A program made the translations under genes and the position numbers. Below are positions 22,201 to 29,973 of a DNA stretch of 64,000 nt, piece after piece; position 1 is the stretch's first letter, and the number at the start of each line of letters is the position of its first letter. The stretch is from IMG/VR virus record IMGVR_UViG_2565956719_000002, one strand, 5' to 3'. The notes beneath the pieces were generated by a model. It was given only the letters and a program-made list of their open reading frames with translations, ran no database searches and had not been told where the DNA came from. This stretch comes from a virus. Lineage: Duplodnaviria > Heunggongvirae > Uroviricota > Caudoviricetes.

Positions 22201-23024
22201 AGTTTGGCACCATTGGCATTTACAGCAATAAAGCCGAGATCAAGCAGGCAATGGACGCAGCAAGCGCGCGCATCGCAGCAGAACGGGAAGCCAATCTGAA
22301 TCATGCAGTCGCCGCGCTGACTCAATCGTGGGTAACAGCAATCAGGGAGGCCGCCACCACAGGGAAAATCACACCTGCAATAGCGGATGTCGTAAACGAC
22401 GGCTCTAAATTTATGGATGCCTATCAAATGGATGCGGTGAAGTTGCCATCAGCCTATGGTCAACTCAGCTATCGCATGACCTACAACCTGGTATCAATGT
22501 TTTCCGACCTTGCCATCCTTGGGCTGGTGGATCTTAACGAGGTTACGCCGGAATTGCTCAGCATGCGCAAGAATCATGTGGAGATATTGCAGAGAATTAA
22601 CACGGTTCTTGCCGGGCGCACCGATGAAGAGAAACAGGCCGACGCTGATCGGATAAACCTAGCCCTTGGCAACATCACGGAGGAAGAGATTGCCGCCAGA
22701 AACGAGAAACAAGAAGAGTTATCATCAATACAGGGTGATGCCACCAGCATAGCTCAGTCTCTTGGTCTGAATTATCGCGTATCCACCGCCGACCTGAAGA
22801 TGATGTACGCACCAAAATTCGCCGCTGGCGAGGTATTTGGGCTTCAGGAAGCCTCAGGCATGAAAGGCGTTCTTTTCCGTGCGAAAGACGCAATCAAGGC
22901 GAAATTCGGCGCTCGCTGGCTGCCAGCGAAGGCGAAGAACAGCGATTTCCCGGGTAACTGGTGGATTATCGAGACAAAACACAACGTGGCGGACGTTCTG
23001 GCCGTCATCCAACAATACGCATAA
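16257..23024 (+). CDS. darB: DarB-like giant anti-restriction protein: N-terminal N6-adenine methyltransferase-like domain plus helicase domain
   Basis: 2255-aa ORF; LEPSAGTGVF and GNVPFGG methyltransferase-like motifs; helicase Walker A GFGTGLGKTT and DEGH box; size matches P1 DarB as recalled. Confidence 0.8.
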   Translation: MNKLSMGVFRCSSVSEILKYIRAITSHRAPIKYGVEKVEGKSYDRLRREANQKAIDLLNSLVDGATLTDEQRQILAGYTGEGGIGGSVSEYYTPKPIAEGVWEIMKLYGADVGNTLEPSAGTGVFNETKPVGTVMTATEISSVSGRINQLLHPEDSVQISPFEQLAVSTPNDSFDHVVGNVPFGGRDNTRNIDKPYAEETDMGSYFMLRMLDKIKPGGFMCVIVPPSIVSGSNMKRLRLRLSRKAEFLGAHRLPTGTFDANGTSTVVDVVLMRKHPAEMAEKIPLVDESTLESANVLWPTFISGKWFEKDGRRFVHGTQEKGFQGRIEVRADGQIDNQALKAKLIHRFESRIDWSLLDMAEPSPTADVVGEGEMRLINGVWQKYAGGRWIEADAGKELKIDAASYGADSWEALQRNLTTTEGRLGMTFTQMANVRDKYTTSISDDMVQLVDWINSQPEKYRERLYRGAMIGRMLIEYQDMKAAGHSAEQIEQQRLSLVSRLQAEIDRFGNPGRGPIAKLSGSGARAWFAFRGAIKLDGTISDELTGKLVTHDSSASYDSTSYQDTLRYLYSDLTRDPIQLDDFRLAFTGELPASDDELLNLLASTPGIAVSPYGGIVPFARATSGDINEIVAPKQEFLATLPDGPVKNNVLNQLAAIEEKRIKTPAENIRFKLNSRWFDRSVILEFLQENGYPDLRYVQSVQLEGDEMVSDTYHGGDGLFVGHRYGVVQRKDKETGEIRYEWDRKSGENATGFPAQLEKYLNGARIGGKDSATANGYREQMALLEDQFNKWIKTHDRYDELVAKYNDVFNSNIPYEHSGDPLGLKGLSGKRQPFDYQNSEVRRLSEDGRGILGFGTGLGKTTTALALEAFNYENGRSTRTAYVVPKSVLENWYYEAKEFLSEEAFSNYLFVGLDVLMDGDQIRQVQVLDENGKPVLGTDGTPVMRDALKLADEATITARMNAIPHSNYRAVVFTKEQYARIPLRDDTVDEHAQDMLYDFVAAGRVASAMDSDSHRKEAARRRVLSEYSDTGTEKAEKYPYFEDMGFDSVIADEGHNYRNSYKNGREASQLAYLPTSAVAQSARDMAIKNAYLMKKNGGRGPVLLTATPVVNTPIDAYNMLSHVLPKEYWQNMGIYGPDDFVKFFGKTRLETVQKISGEVEEKMALVGFENLDALRGIFHRWVTLKTAEDVKDTVEIPELDEHQQDAPLTEEQLAAYEELRQQAEAAAKANNGVTTSVNEDGVIEHEKARPIFSIIRDMDRVCTDMDLYYRRITYRFLPEYADAVQQLADSLPKQATSEDDDSDDLITQQSQYSLIDKGEFIQLQVPEAFEQEVNKRLARFGIDEQTVTHPVTPKYAKLIATLKEFFPEGKQIIFTDEKTQHQKLKRIICNALNLEPSKVGILNAQTVAEAGKTGKKLKAVKPPKELPDEPTDAQIAKYNEQMALYDAYIAQQNEMSLGGLEKIAADFQEGRTPIIICNKKAEVGINLHRGTTDIHHLTLPWTPASIAQRNGRGARVGSNRASVRVHYYCGKGSFDEYRLKTLKRKAGWISDILRSDKSEMENADANDMIEMQMYTAKDDGERLAMMQVQMDKAKAAKRARQKEQATIDLQNYIKAQHAAGEDVEVLTAELERSKAELEKTTADVAKFKQAVMAKAADNADWKARWGSVHHTDRMLLSQYRASLKSAIQRKANISQAISRYEKLLNRTQKAATDIKRLRPLVEDAINKGILDVDPDLVNHASEFLVIGDRSWRVGQYYDCAGDIVRIKSLDFDSQRADVEIIFTFKGTKSGNWDVKTLDKQVDVTPDEDAVMQKISGGVSIAGINDIISCDDFYRFQQRGMIKITDSYGVQTTESGYSIDFVGTYTDPLKHAVYPDRRDGALKSSIAKWVLGMMSEGNNRQIRSAETFLVELFGSNYGDVIASYGDTLSPEAIQEKIADAIARMPEKTSQGATRNGDSELEVTNAIFGTNEFRGSDYEITTAQFGTIGIYSNKAEIKQAMDAASARIAAEREANLNHAVAALTQSWVTAIREAATTGKITPAIADVVNDGSKFMDAYQMDAVKLPSAYGQLSYRMTYNLVSMFSDLAILGLVDLNEVTPELLSMRKNHVEILQRINTVLAGRTDEEKQADADRINLALGNITEEEIAARNEKQEELSSIQGDATSIAQSLGLNYRVSTADLKMMYAPKFAAGEVFGLQEASGMKGVLFRAKDAIKAKFGARWLPAKAKNSDFPGNWWIIETKHNVADVLAVIQQYA

Positions 23025-23057
23025 CAGGAGCGCCCGGTTCGCCGGGCGTCGCATAAT

Positions 23058-23498
23058 ATGGCCACACTATCTGATACAATAAAACCGAATAAAACATATC
23101 TTGAGGCGGTACTCCGTACAGCGTTGTTAGGAAAGACAGAAGACGAATACGTTGATTTCTTCCTGTCAGGGCTACGCGGGCGATTACTGAAAAATCCCCG
23201 CCTGTACCGCAGCTATGGCCCATACTGGCCGGAAATTAAAAAATTATTACTGGAGCGCGGTTATGGTAATTTCGGTCGTCTCGTTGACCGTGACGTTCGC
23301 AAATTTTACCGTTATGACCGCCCGGCGCTAACACTCATAGCCGCGACGCTCTACAGCCAGGAGCGTTTTGATAATGGTCAGATATACTCAGCCTGGCATT
23401 TACTGCCAGTGCCTGAAGAAGTTGACGACCAGGACTATGAGTTTGAGTCTTACGATTTGGAAGTTGAAGCCTTGGCACAGGCTGGAGAGAAAACTTGA
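23058..23498 (+). CDS. Hypothetical protein (position of P1 ulx)
   Basis: 146-aa ORF directly after darB. Confidence 0.4.
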   Translation: MATLSDTIKPNKTYLEAVLRTALLGKTEDEYVDFFLSGLRGRLLKNPRLYRSYGPYWPEIKKLLLERGYGNFGRLVDRDVRKFYRYDRPALTLIAATLYSQERFDNGQIYSAWHLLPVPEEVDDQDYEFESYDLEVEALAQAGEKT

Positions 23499-23743
23499 AA
23501 AAGCGATACTACACAGTAAAGCATGGGACGCTACGAGCATTACAAGAGTTTGCTGACAAGCATAACGTTGAGGTGCGCAGGGAAGGGGGAAGTAAAGCTC
23601 TGCGCATGTACCGTCCGGACGGGAAATGGCGTACAGTCGTCGATTTCAAAACAAACAGTGTTCCCCAGGGCGTCCGCGACCGGGCATTCGAAGAATGGGA
23701 GCAGATCATCATAGATAACGCATTGCTCCTGAATGCTGATTAA
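23495..23743 (+). CDS. Small protein (position of P1 lxc, C1 co-repressor)
   Basis: 82-aa ORF overlapping previous stop; assignment by position only. Confidence 0.35.
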   Translation: MKKRYYTVKHGTLRALQEFADKHNVEVRREGGSKALRMYRPDGKWRTVVDFKTNSVPQGVRDRAFEEWEQIIIDNALLLNAD

Positions 23744-23756
23744 ACTTTCCGCCCTT

Positions 23757-23777
23757 TTGCCCGGTCTATCGCCGGGC
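23757..23777. terminator. Hairpin after the darB operon
   Basis: GCCCGG-TCTATCG-CCGGGC stem-loop with weak T-run. Confidence 0.35.
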
Positions 23778-23782
23778 ATCTT

Positions 23783-24424
23783 TCAGAGATAATTACCTTT
23801 ACCCGTCAATTCCCCTTGTGGTACTTGTTTTTGCGCCAGTGTTTGGGTTCCGCGAATTATGTTAATCAGAGGGCTTAGTAACGATGGTTCCTGGCGTGCC
23901 TCAACTTCTCCAGCCATTGCCCTGATGTAGTCGGCGCTGGCAACGTTGTTGTATTCCGTTGCGAAGCAGCATAACAACGTCAGAACATGCTCTGTCGTTA
24001 TTTCGCTCCAGTTGATGTTGAAAAATTCATCGCCTTTTTTATCGTGTTCGGAATCGAAGATGCTTTGGTGGAGGATGTATTTGCCGGATTCCTTGCGCGG
24101 TAACTTGATCGCTTTCTGGCGTTCCAGCTCCTTGTAAATCTGCATTGCTTCAATCAGTACCGGCCTGCCGTTCATGAAGGGATCGCGCAACCTTACACGC
24201 TGGCCAACTCGACCAGTAATAAAGCTGTTTTCCTCTTCCACCAGCACGATAAAACCCTTTTCCTCTTTTTCTCGCAATTCGCGCAGCAGCTGGAGTTCCA
24301 TATCGCGGCGGCGTTCAGGGTAGCTGGTCCGCTCAGCCATTATTAGCTCATTGTTGATCCATGCGGCAGTCATTGACGCCGGTTTGCCGACGCTCATCGA
24401 AACAACGCATATTTTCTTATCCAT
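23783..24424 (-). CDS. Hypothetical protein (accessory region)
   Basis: About 213 aa from ATG (MDKKICV) with AGGGG upstream; no recognisable motif. Confidence 0.5.
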   Translation of the reverse strand: MDKKICVVSMSVGKPASMTAAWINNELIMAERTSYPERRRDMELQLLRELREKEEKGFIVLVEEENSFITGRVGQRVRLRDPFMNGRPVLIEAMQIYKELERQKAIKLPRKESGKYILHQSIFDSEHDKKGDEFFNINWSEITTEHVLTLLCCFATEYNNVASADYIRAMAGEVEARQEPSLLSPLINIIRGTQTLAQKQVPQGELTGKGNYL

Positions 24425-24683
24425 AGCGCCCCTACAAAAAAGAAAAGCCACCAGCGGCGGCTTAGCAATACAACTGAAGGTAGCGCCCGGTACTCAGACT
24501 GTGCCGTCCATGGAATATTTGAAAAGGGATCCATCCGTACCGGGCGTGTGATGATTCTGACTCAAGTCACTTGTCAGTTGTCAATCATTTATCATTAAAA
24601 ATAATATATTTATTAGTGCATACAAATAAGACACTAAGTGTGCACATTGCAACCTCAGAGAGGAAACATTCAACCAGCCTGTA

Positions 24684-24700
24684 ATTGCTCTAATGAATTT
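24684..24700 (+). promoter_or_regulatory. C1-operator-like 17-mer upstream of antirepressor module A
   Basis: ATTGCTCTAATGAATTT, 16/17 to consensus; about 320 bp upstream of the coupled leader ORF. Confidence 0.5.
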
Positions 24701-24860
24701 GATTTTTTGGGGCGGAAATACTACCATTGTACGCCAGACTATTGATCTTCCTGTTGTTCAGGCTTATAGTTCCTACGTCGTAGCAAATTCTGCGACCGGG
24801 TTTGACAGCCTGAATGTACATGCGGACAACCGCAGATATCCGCATATTGCGGTATTTTTG
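24701..24860 (+). ncRNA. Candidate c4-like antisense RNA region of module A
   Basis: Elements 24724-24745 and 24925-24958 are roughly complementary to repeats at 24805-24838 and 24969-25009, the latter overlapping the leader-ORF ribosome-binding site; hairpin CCGCA-TAT-TGCGG plus T-run near 24839-24858. Confidence 0.3.
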
Positions 24861-25018
24861 TGTCCGTAAAACCACGTTACGCCCGAATTATGGTGGGGCG
24901 TGATGGGGAGGCTTCGGCCTGCTGGTTTCATGTACGCCAGTCTGTCAACCCCGTCACGTCCTGCCACCTGTTTGACAGCGGGTAGCAGGTTGTTAAACCT
25001 GTACATGAGGCCGTAACT

Positions 25019-25240
25019 ATGGTTAATGCCAATCCTTGCGCACGCCCTGAATTCATCTGGCGCTTTTACTCCTGCCAGAAACGTCACTATCACTTCGTTA
25101 TCGCACCAACAGAAGATGAGGCACGTTCTCAGCTTCCGGATGCTCCCTGTATTTTCTCTGCCCGCTTTTCTACCGATTTGCGCAATTCTCTCAGTTACTG
25201 GTGCCTCCCTGTTAACGCTTCTGCTCAGGAGGGGCTATGA
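25019..25240 (+). CDS. Leader protein coupled to antirepressor A (icd-like position)
   Basis: 73 codons, GAGG upstream, stop overlaps ant start (ATGA); inverted copy at 31086-31312 differs by 14 synonymous codon changes and one amino acid. Confidence 0.55.
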   Translation: MVNANPCARPEFIWRFYSCQKRHYHFVIAPTEDEARSQLPDAPCIFSARFSTDLRNSLSYWCLPVNASAQEGL

Positions 25241-26295
25241 GAACGTCATTAGTCACCCGTGAAGAGATGATCGAGGCAATTGAACAGCACACTGCCTGTA
25301 TCAGTACCAGGGATATACCTGGCGTTATTGCCAACTACTTCATGATCACCAAACAACTTTACCGGAGAAAGGACAAAAACGCGGTTCACCGCATTCTGCT
25401 GTCTGATATCCGTGAATACCTGCTCGAACAGGGGCATCTGAATTACGCAACCGTCGCAGCCGAAACACGCAAGGAGGCACACAGAATGAAAGCAAGCAAA
25501 CCAGATGTTGTCGTTACAAAGCCTTTGACAGCAACCACACCAGCAACGGCCATGGATGCTATCCCCAACACCGGAGACACAATCGACAGCCAGACGCTGT
25601 TAAAGATGGTCAATGAAGCGCGGAAATTATGTAGCGAAAAACCAGTTCGCAATAATGATTTTATTGCCAGAGTTAAGGATGAACTGGATGGTGAGTACTA
25701 CGAAATTTTCGTAGTGCAAAAATTAAACAACACAACATCTGAAACTATCTCCATGACCTACAAACAAGCCCTGCGAGTTGCCGCGCGCGAGTCAAAAGCG
25801 GTCCGCCGTTCGCTGATCGACAAACTGGAGGAATTGCAGCAGGCTAGCACTGCTTCTCCAGTGATTCCCCAAACACTCCCCGAAGCTCTGCGCCTGGCTG
25901 CCGAGCTGGCTGAACAAAAGCAACTTCTGGAACAGAAAGCCCACCAGCTAAATCAGCAGCTGGTGGCCGCCGCTCCTAAAGTCGATTTTGCCGACCGGGT
26001 ATCAGTAGCTAAAGGGATCCTGATTGGGAATTTTGCAAAGGTTGTTGGACTTAAGCAAAACGCGCTGTTTGCCTGGTTACGGGAGAACGGCATCCTGATA
26101 GCGTCCGGTGGACGTAAAAATGTGCCGTTCCAGCAATACATCAACGCTGGGTATTTTTCTGTGAAAGAAGTGGTGCTGGATGATGAAGATGGCTATCAGA
26201 TACGACTGACGCCCCAGTTAACGGGGAAAGGCCAGCAGTGGTTGACGCGTAAACTGCTCGATGCTGGCTTGTTAAAACCGGTGGCGGCTGAATGA
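25237..26295 (+). CDS. Antirepressor-like protein A (KilA-C-type C-terminus)
   Basis: 352 aa; C-terminal NFAKVVGLKQNALFAWLRENGIL...PFQQYINAGYF typical of phage antirepressor C-domains; N- and C-termini near-identical to copy B, middle unrelated. Confidence 0.7.
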   Translation: MRTSLVTREEMIEAIEQHTACISTRDIPGVIANYFMITKQLYRRKDKNAVHRILLSDIREYLLEQGHLNYATVAAETRKEAHRMKASKPDVVVTKPLTATTPATAMDAIPNTGDTIDSQTLLKMVNEARKLCSEKPVRNNDFIARVKDELDGEYYEIFVVQKLNNTTSETISMTYKQALRVAARESKAVRRSLIDKLEELQQASTASPVIPQTLPEALRLAAELAEQKQLLEQKAHQLNQQLVAAAPKVDFADRVSVAKGILIGNFAKVVGLKQNALFAWLRENGILIASGGRKNVPFQQYINAGYFSVKEVVLDDEDGYQIRLTPQLTGKGQQWLTRKLLDAGLLKPVAAE

Positions 26296-26321
26296 TTAAA
26301 AAAGGCGGCCTTGCGGCCGCC
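26296..26321. terminator. Hairpin terminator (A-run plus GGCGGCC-TTGC-GGCCGCC)
   Basis: Perfect 7-bp stem; read on minus strand it is followed by a T-run. Confidence 0.5.
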
Positions 26322-26542
26322 AATGATGTCACGGAGTCTATAATGGCAATGTGAATGTCTTCGTAGTTGACTAAAGCCACAACTCAATTATAACAATTAA
26401 TTATAGCAATGGTGGCTATTTTATTTATCGCGAATCACATTTTTTCTCTTCAGTACCTGTGTGCTATACTCCTTCTTGATTGATTGGATGCGGAATACAA
26501 ACCCGCTCTTTTGTGCAGCCTGGCTCCTTGCCAGGCTTTTTT

Positions 26543-26854
26543 TTATTTCATCATGGAAGCTGTTAACGCTTTGGACCTTGCTGAACTGATTGAAAGGGCA
26601 TTGTTTACCTTACCCAGGAGTTCGCCAAATTCCCCCATCACTCTAGTAAGCCCGCGCCGCGCTTCCTCCTCCGTTGCATTCATCACAAAATGTTCAGCAC
26701 TCCGCATGCTTTTAACGGGGAACGCAACAGATATCGAGTCGATATCAGGCATCCTATCGCTCAACTTTACGGTGACAATGACAGATGGTGACAGAATATT
26801 AGTGCTTACAGACAGCACTACATATTTTCCGTCGATGTTGAAATCCTTTCTCAT
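26543..26854 (-). CDS. Hypothetical protein downstream of cre
   Basis: 103-aa ORF preceded on minus strand by an operator-like box. Confidence 0.45.
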   Translation of the reverse strand: MRKDFNIDGKYVVLSVSTNILSPSVIVTVKLSDRMPDIDSISVAFPVKSMRSAEHFVMNATEEEARRGLTRVMGEFGELLGKVNNALSISSARSKALTASMMK

Positions 26855-26870
26855 ATGTCACCATAAATAT

Positions 26871-26887
26871 CAAAGAATTAGAGCAAT
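26871..26887 (-). promoter_or_regulatory. C1-operator-like box
   Basis: Core TTAGAGCAAT exact, 13/17 overall. Confidence 0.4.
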
Positions 26888-26904
26888 CATTTGCGCGTTA
26901 ATGG

Positions 26905-27936
26905 CTAATCGCCATCTTCCAGCAGGCGCACCATTGCCCCTGTTTCACTATCCAGGTTACGGATATAGTTCATGACAATATTTACGTTGGTCCAGCCACC
27001 AGCTTGCATGATCTCCGGTATTGAAACTCCGGCGCGGGCCATATCTCGCGCGGCTCCGACACGGGCACTGTGTCCAGACCAGGCCAGGTATCTCTGCCCA
27101 GAGTCATCCTTAGCGCCGTAAATCAATCGATGAGTTGCTTCAAAAATCCCTTCCAGAGCGCGAGTTGATAGCTGGCTGGTGGCAGATGGCGCGGCAACAC
27201 CATTTTTTCTGACACGGCAAAACAGGTAGTTATTCGGATCATCAGCCACACCAGAGACAGAAATCCATCGCTCGACCAGTTTAGTTACCCCCAGGCTAAG
27301 TGCCTTCTCTACACCTGCGGTGCTAACCAGCGTTTTCGTTCTGCCAATATGGATTAACATTCTCCCACCGTCAGTACGTGAGATATCTTTAACCCTGATC
27401 CTGGCAATTTCGGCTATACGTAACAGGGTGTTATAAGCAATCCCCAGAAATGCCAGATTACGTATATCCTGGCAGCGATCGCTATTTCCCATGAGTGAAC
27501 GAACCTGGTCGAAATCAGTGCGTTCGAACGCTAGAGCCTGTTTTGCACGTTCACCGGCATCAACGTTTTCTTTTCGGATCCGCCGCATAACCAGTGAAAC
27601 AGCATTGCTGTCACTTGGTCGTGGCAGCCCGGACCGACGATGAAGCATGTTTAGCTGGCCCAAATGTTGCTGGATAGTTTTTACTGCCAGACCGCGCGCC
27701 TGAAGATATAGAAGATAATCGCGAACATCTTCAGGTTCTGCGGGAAACCATTTCCGGTTATTCAACTTGCACCATGCCGCCCACGACCGGCAAACGGACA
27801 GAAGCATTTTCCAGGTATGCTCAGAAAACGCCTGGCGATCCCTGAACATGTCCATCAGGTTCTTGCGAACCTCATCACTCGTTGCATCGACCGGTAATGC
27901 AGGCAAATTTTGGTGTACGGTCAGTAAATTGGACAT
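26905..27936 (-). CDS. cre: Cre tyrosine recombinase
   Basis: 343 aa, MSNLLTVHQNLPALPVDATSDEVRKNLMDMFRDRQAF...RLLEDGD; matches P1 Cre as recalled except Gly at position 150. Confidence 0.97.
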   Translation of the reverse strand: MSNLLTVHQNLPALPVDATSDEVRKNLMDMFRDRQAFSEHTWKMLLSVCRSWAAWCKLNNRKWFPAEPEDVRDYLLYLQARGLAVKTIQQHLGQLNMLHRRSGLPRPSDSNAVSLVMRRIRKENVDAGERAKQALAFERTDFDQVRSLMGNSDRCQDIRNLAFLGIAYNTLLRIAEIARIRVKDISRTDGGRMLIHIGRTKTLVSTAGVEKALSLGVTKLVERWISVSGVADDPNNYLFCRVRKNGVAAPSATSQLSTRALEGIFEATHRLIYGAKDDSGQRYLAWSGHSARVGAARDMARAGVSIPEIMQAGGWTNVNIVMNYIRNLDSETGAMVRLLEDGD

Positions 27937-27943
27937 TTAACAC

Positions 27944-28165
27944 TCAGATAATAGTTTTAAGTAAAGTGTACAGGATTGGCTCTGCCTTTACCTGTTTATG
28001 GTTCTCGTCATAGAAACGCCAGCGACCGCGCGTGCGTTCTATTTTCTCTTCACCGCGCGATAATGACAGTTGGCAACTATCACGATCAAACCCTTTTGCC
28101 CGCCAGTAACCACGGTTTTTCTCAAGCTCAATATGAGTGGACACTTTAGCAGCTGAATATCCCAT
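27944..28165 (-). CDS. Small protein between loxP and cre (Cra-like position)
   Basis: 73-aa ORF ending 8 nt before cre start. Confidence 0.4.
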   Translation of the reverse strand: MGYSAAKVSTHIELEKNRGYWRAKGFDRDSCQLSLSRGEEKIERTRGRWRFYDENHKQVKAEPILYTLLKTII

Positions 28166-28354
28166 TTTTCACCTCTGATTGATTGGTGGTGCTAAGTGCG
28201 CTACGCGAAATCTGGAGCACTAACACTGCCAACATTTCGCAGATTTTACGTAGCGCAACCTTGATCAAATGATCAAGTGATCACTATTTAACCTGATAAG
28301 GTATTGAACTGTATGGATTTACAGGTAAATTGATCATGTTCAATAACCCTTAAG

Positions 28355-28388
28355 ATAACTTCGTATAATGTATGCTATACGAAGTTAT
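28355..28388. other. loxP recombination site
   Basis: Exact ATAACTTCGTATA-ATGTATGC-TATACGAAGTTAT. Confidence 0.97.
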
Positions 28389-28431
28389 TAGGTCCGAAGA
28401 GGAGTTTACGTCCAGCTGCGCATAAAAATCA

Positions 28432-28448
28432 AGAATTATTAGAGCAAT
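28432..28448 (-). promoter_or_regulatory. C1-operator-like 17-mer facing cre
   Basis: Minus strand ATTGCTCTAATAATTCT, 15/17. Confidence 0.5.
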
Positions 28449-28505
28449 AAATTTTGAGAGAAAAATCCCACTCCACCAGCCAAAAACTGGATTGTTTTTC
28501 ATAGT

Positions 28506-28535
28506 TGTTTGACAATTGCTCTAATAAATTATAGT
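28506..28535 (+). promoter_or_regulatory. Sigma70-type promoter with operator in the spacer, facing the coi-like and c1 genes
   Basis: TTGACA - 18 nt containing ATTGCTCTAATAAATTA (28514-28530) - TATAGT. Confidence 0.55.
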
Positions 28536-28769
28536 TTTGCCGCCGTTTCGTAATACGACTTTGGATTCACTATTTAATGTGTCTTCAGCGTTGTAGAGCG
28601 GCTCAGAAGGAAATGAGCAAACAGGGAAACCTTATACAACGGCATTACAGCTATGCATTGCTCATCTTACACACAGCGCAATGTTGTTAGATTACCCCAG
28701 CATGGATCATGGGTGAAACAGTAGGTCAGAGCTTCAGGCTCTGTGTTGTCAATACAGTGAGGCATAATT

Positions 28770-28979
28770 ATGGCTTTCATTCCACCAACCATCGACGACG
28801 TTAGACATTGCTCTAACGCTTTATCTGTAGACCCCGCCGAAACCGACGCTGCCCGCGCCATTGCTGAACACTACTCAAAGATATCCAATCAGGAGTACCG
28901 CATCACCCAAGACGACCTGGATGATCTCACTGACACAATCGAATATCTCATGGCCACTAACCAACCAGACTCACAATAA
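28770..28979 (+). CDS. coi: Coi-like protein (C1 inactivator position)
   Basis: 69-aa acidic ORF immediately upstream of c1; size matches P1 Coi as recalled. Confidence 0.55.
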   Translation: MAFIPPTIDDVRHCSNALSVDPAETDAARAIAEHYSKISNQEYRITQDDLDDLTDTIEYLMATNQPDSQ

Positions 28980-28995
28980 ATGCACTAATAAATCT
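28979..28995 (+). promoter_or_regulatory. Weak C1-operator-like box between coi and c1
   Basis: AATGCACTAATAAATCT, 14/17. Confidence 0.3.
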
Positions 28996-29089
28996 ATTAT
29001 TTTCGTTGGATCCTTCTATAATGGTGGCCAACAACTCCCAGTGTAATCCGCTGTGAGTTGTTGGCCATGTCAATTCTGGAGGAGGATCA

Positions 29090-29941
29090 ATGATAAATTA
29101 TGTCTACGGCGAACAACTGTACCAGGAGTTCGTCAGCTTCAGGGATCTCTTTCTAAAAAAAGCTGTTGCACGCGCCCAACACGTTGATACAGCCAGCGAC
29201 GGTCGTCCTGTACGCCCGGTTGTCGTTCTACCGTTCAAAGAAACTGACAGCATTCAGGCTGAAATTGATAAATGGACTTTAATGGCGCGGGAACTGGAAC
29301 AGTACCCAGACCTCAATATCCCAAAGACTATTTTATATCCAGTGCCTAACATCCTTCGCGGTGTGCGTAAGGTTACAACTTATCAGACAGAAGCTGTGAA
29401 CAGCGTCAACATGACCGCTGGCCGCATTATTCATCTGATTGATAAGGACATTCGCATCCAAAAAAGCGCGGGGATCAATGAGCACAGTGCGAAATACATA
29501 GAGAACCTGGAAGCAACAAAAGAGCTAATGAAGCAGTACCCGGAGGATGAAAAATTCCGTATGCGTGTACACGGCTTTAGCGAAACAATGTTGCGCGTCC
29601 ATTACATTTCCAGTAGCCCTAACTACAATGATGGTAAATCAGTTAGTTACCATGTGCCGCTGTGTGGTGTGTTTATCTGCGATGAAACTCTCCGTGATGG
29701 AATCATCATCAACGGTGAATTCGAGAAAGCAAAATTTAGCCTTTATGACTCCATAGAACCGATCATCTGCGACCGCTGGCCGCAAGCAAAAATATATCGC
29801 CTGGCAGATATTGAAAATGTAAAAAAACAAATTGCCATCACTCGCGAAGAGAAAAAGGTTAAGTCAGCCGCATCAGTTACGCGCAGCCGTAAAACCAAGA
29901 AGGGGCAGCCAGTAAACGACAACCCCGAAAGCGCGCAATAA
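29090..29941 (+). CDS. c1: C1 repressor of lysis
   Basis: 283 aa beginning MINYVYGEQLYQEF; size, start and context match P1 C1 as recalled; GGAGG upstream. Confidence 0.75.
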   Translation: MINYVYGEQLYQEFVSFRDLFLKKAVARAQHVDTASDGRPVRPVVVLPFKETDSIQAEIDKWTLMARELEQYPDLNIPKTILYPVPNILRGVRKVTTYQTEAVNSVNMTAGRIIHLIDKDIRIQKSAGINEHSAKYIENLEATKELMKQYPEDEKFRMRVHGFSETMLRVHYISSSPNYNDGKSVSYHVPLCGVFICDETLRDGIIINGEFEKAKFSLYDSIEPIICDRWPQAKIYRLADIENVKKQIAITREEKKVKSAASVTRSRKTKKGQPVNDNPESAQ

Positions 29942-29944
29942 ATT

Positions 29945-29970
29945 ATGCCCGGCATCAACCGGGCATTCTT
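29945..29970. terminator. Bidirectional terminator between convergent c1 and antirepressor B
   Basis: GCCCGG-CATCAA-CCGGGC hairpin with flanking T-rich runs on both strands. Confidence 0.6.
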
Positions 29971-29973
29971 CCA

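Noticed and set aside
16290-23065. Many 60-180 aa ORFs inside and antisense to darB
   Set aside because: All are nested within the continuous 2255-codon frame and lack start signals.
26484-26975. 163-aa plus-strand ORF
   Set aside because: Overlaps the 3-prime end of cre and the 103-aa minus-strand gene on the opposite strand; no start signal.
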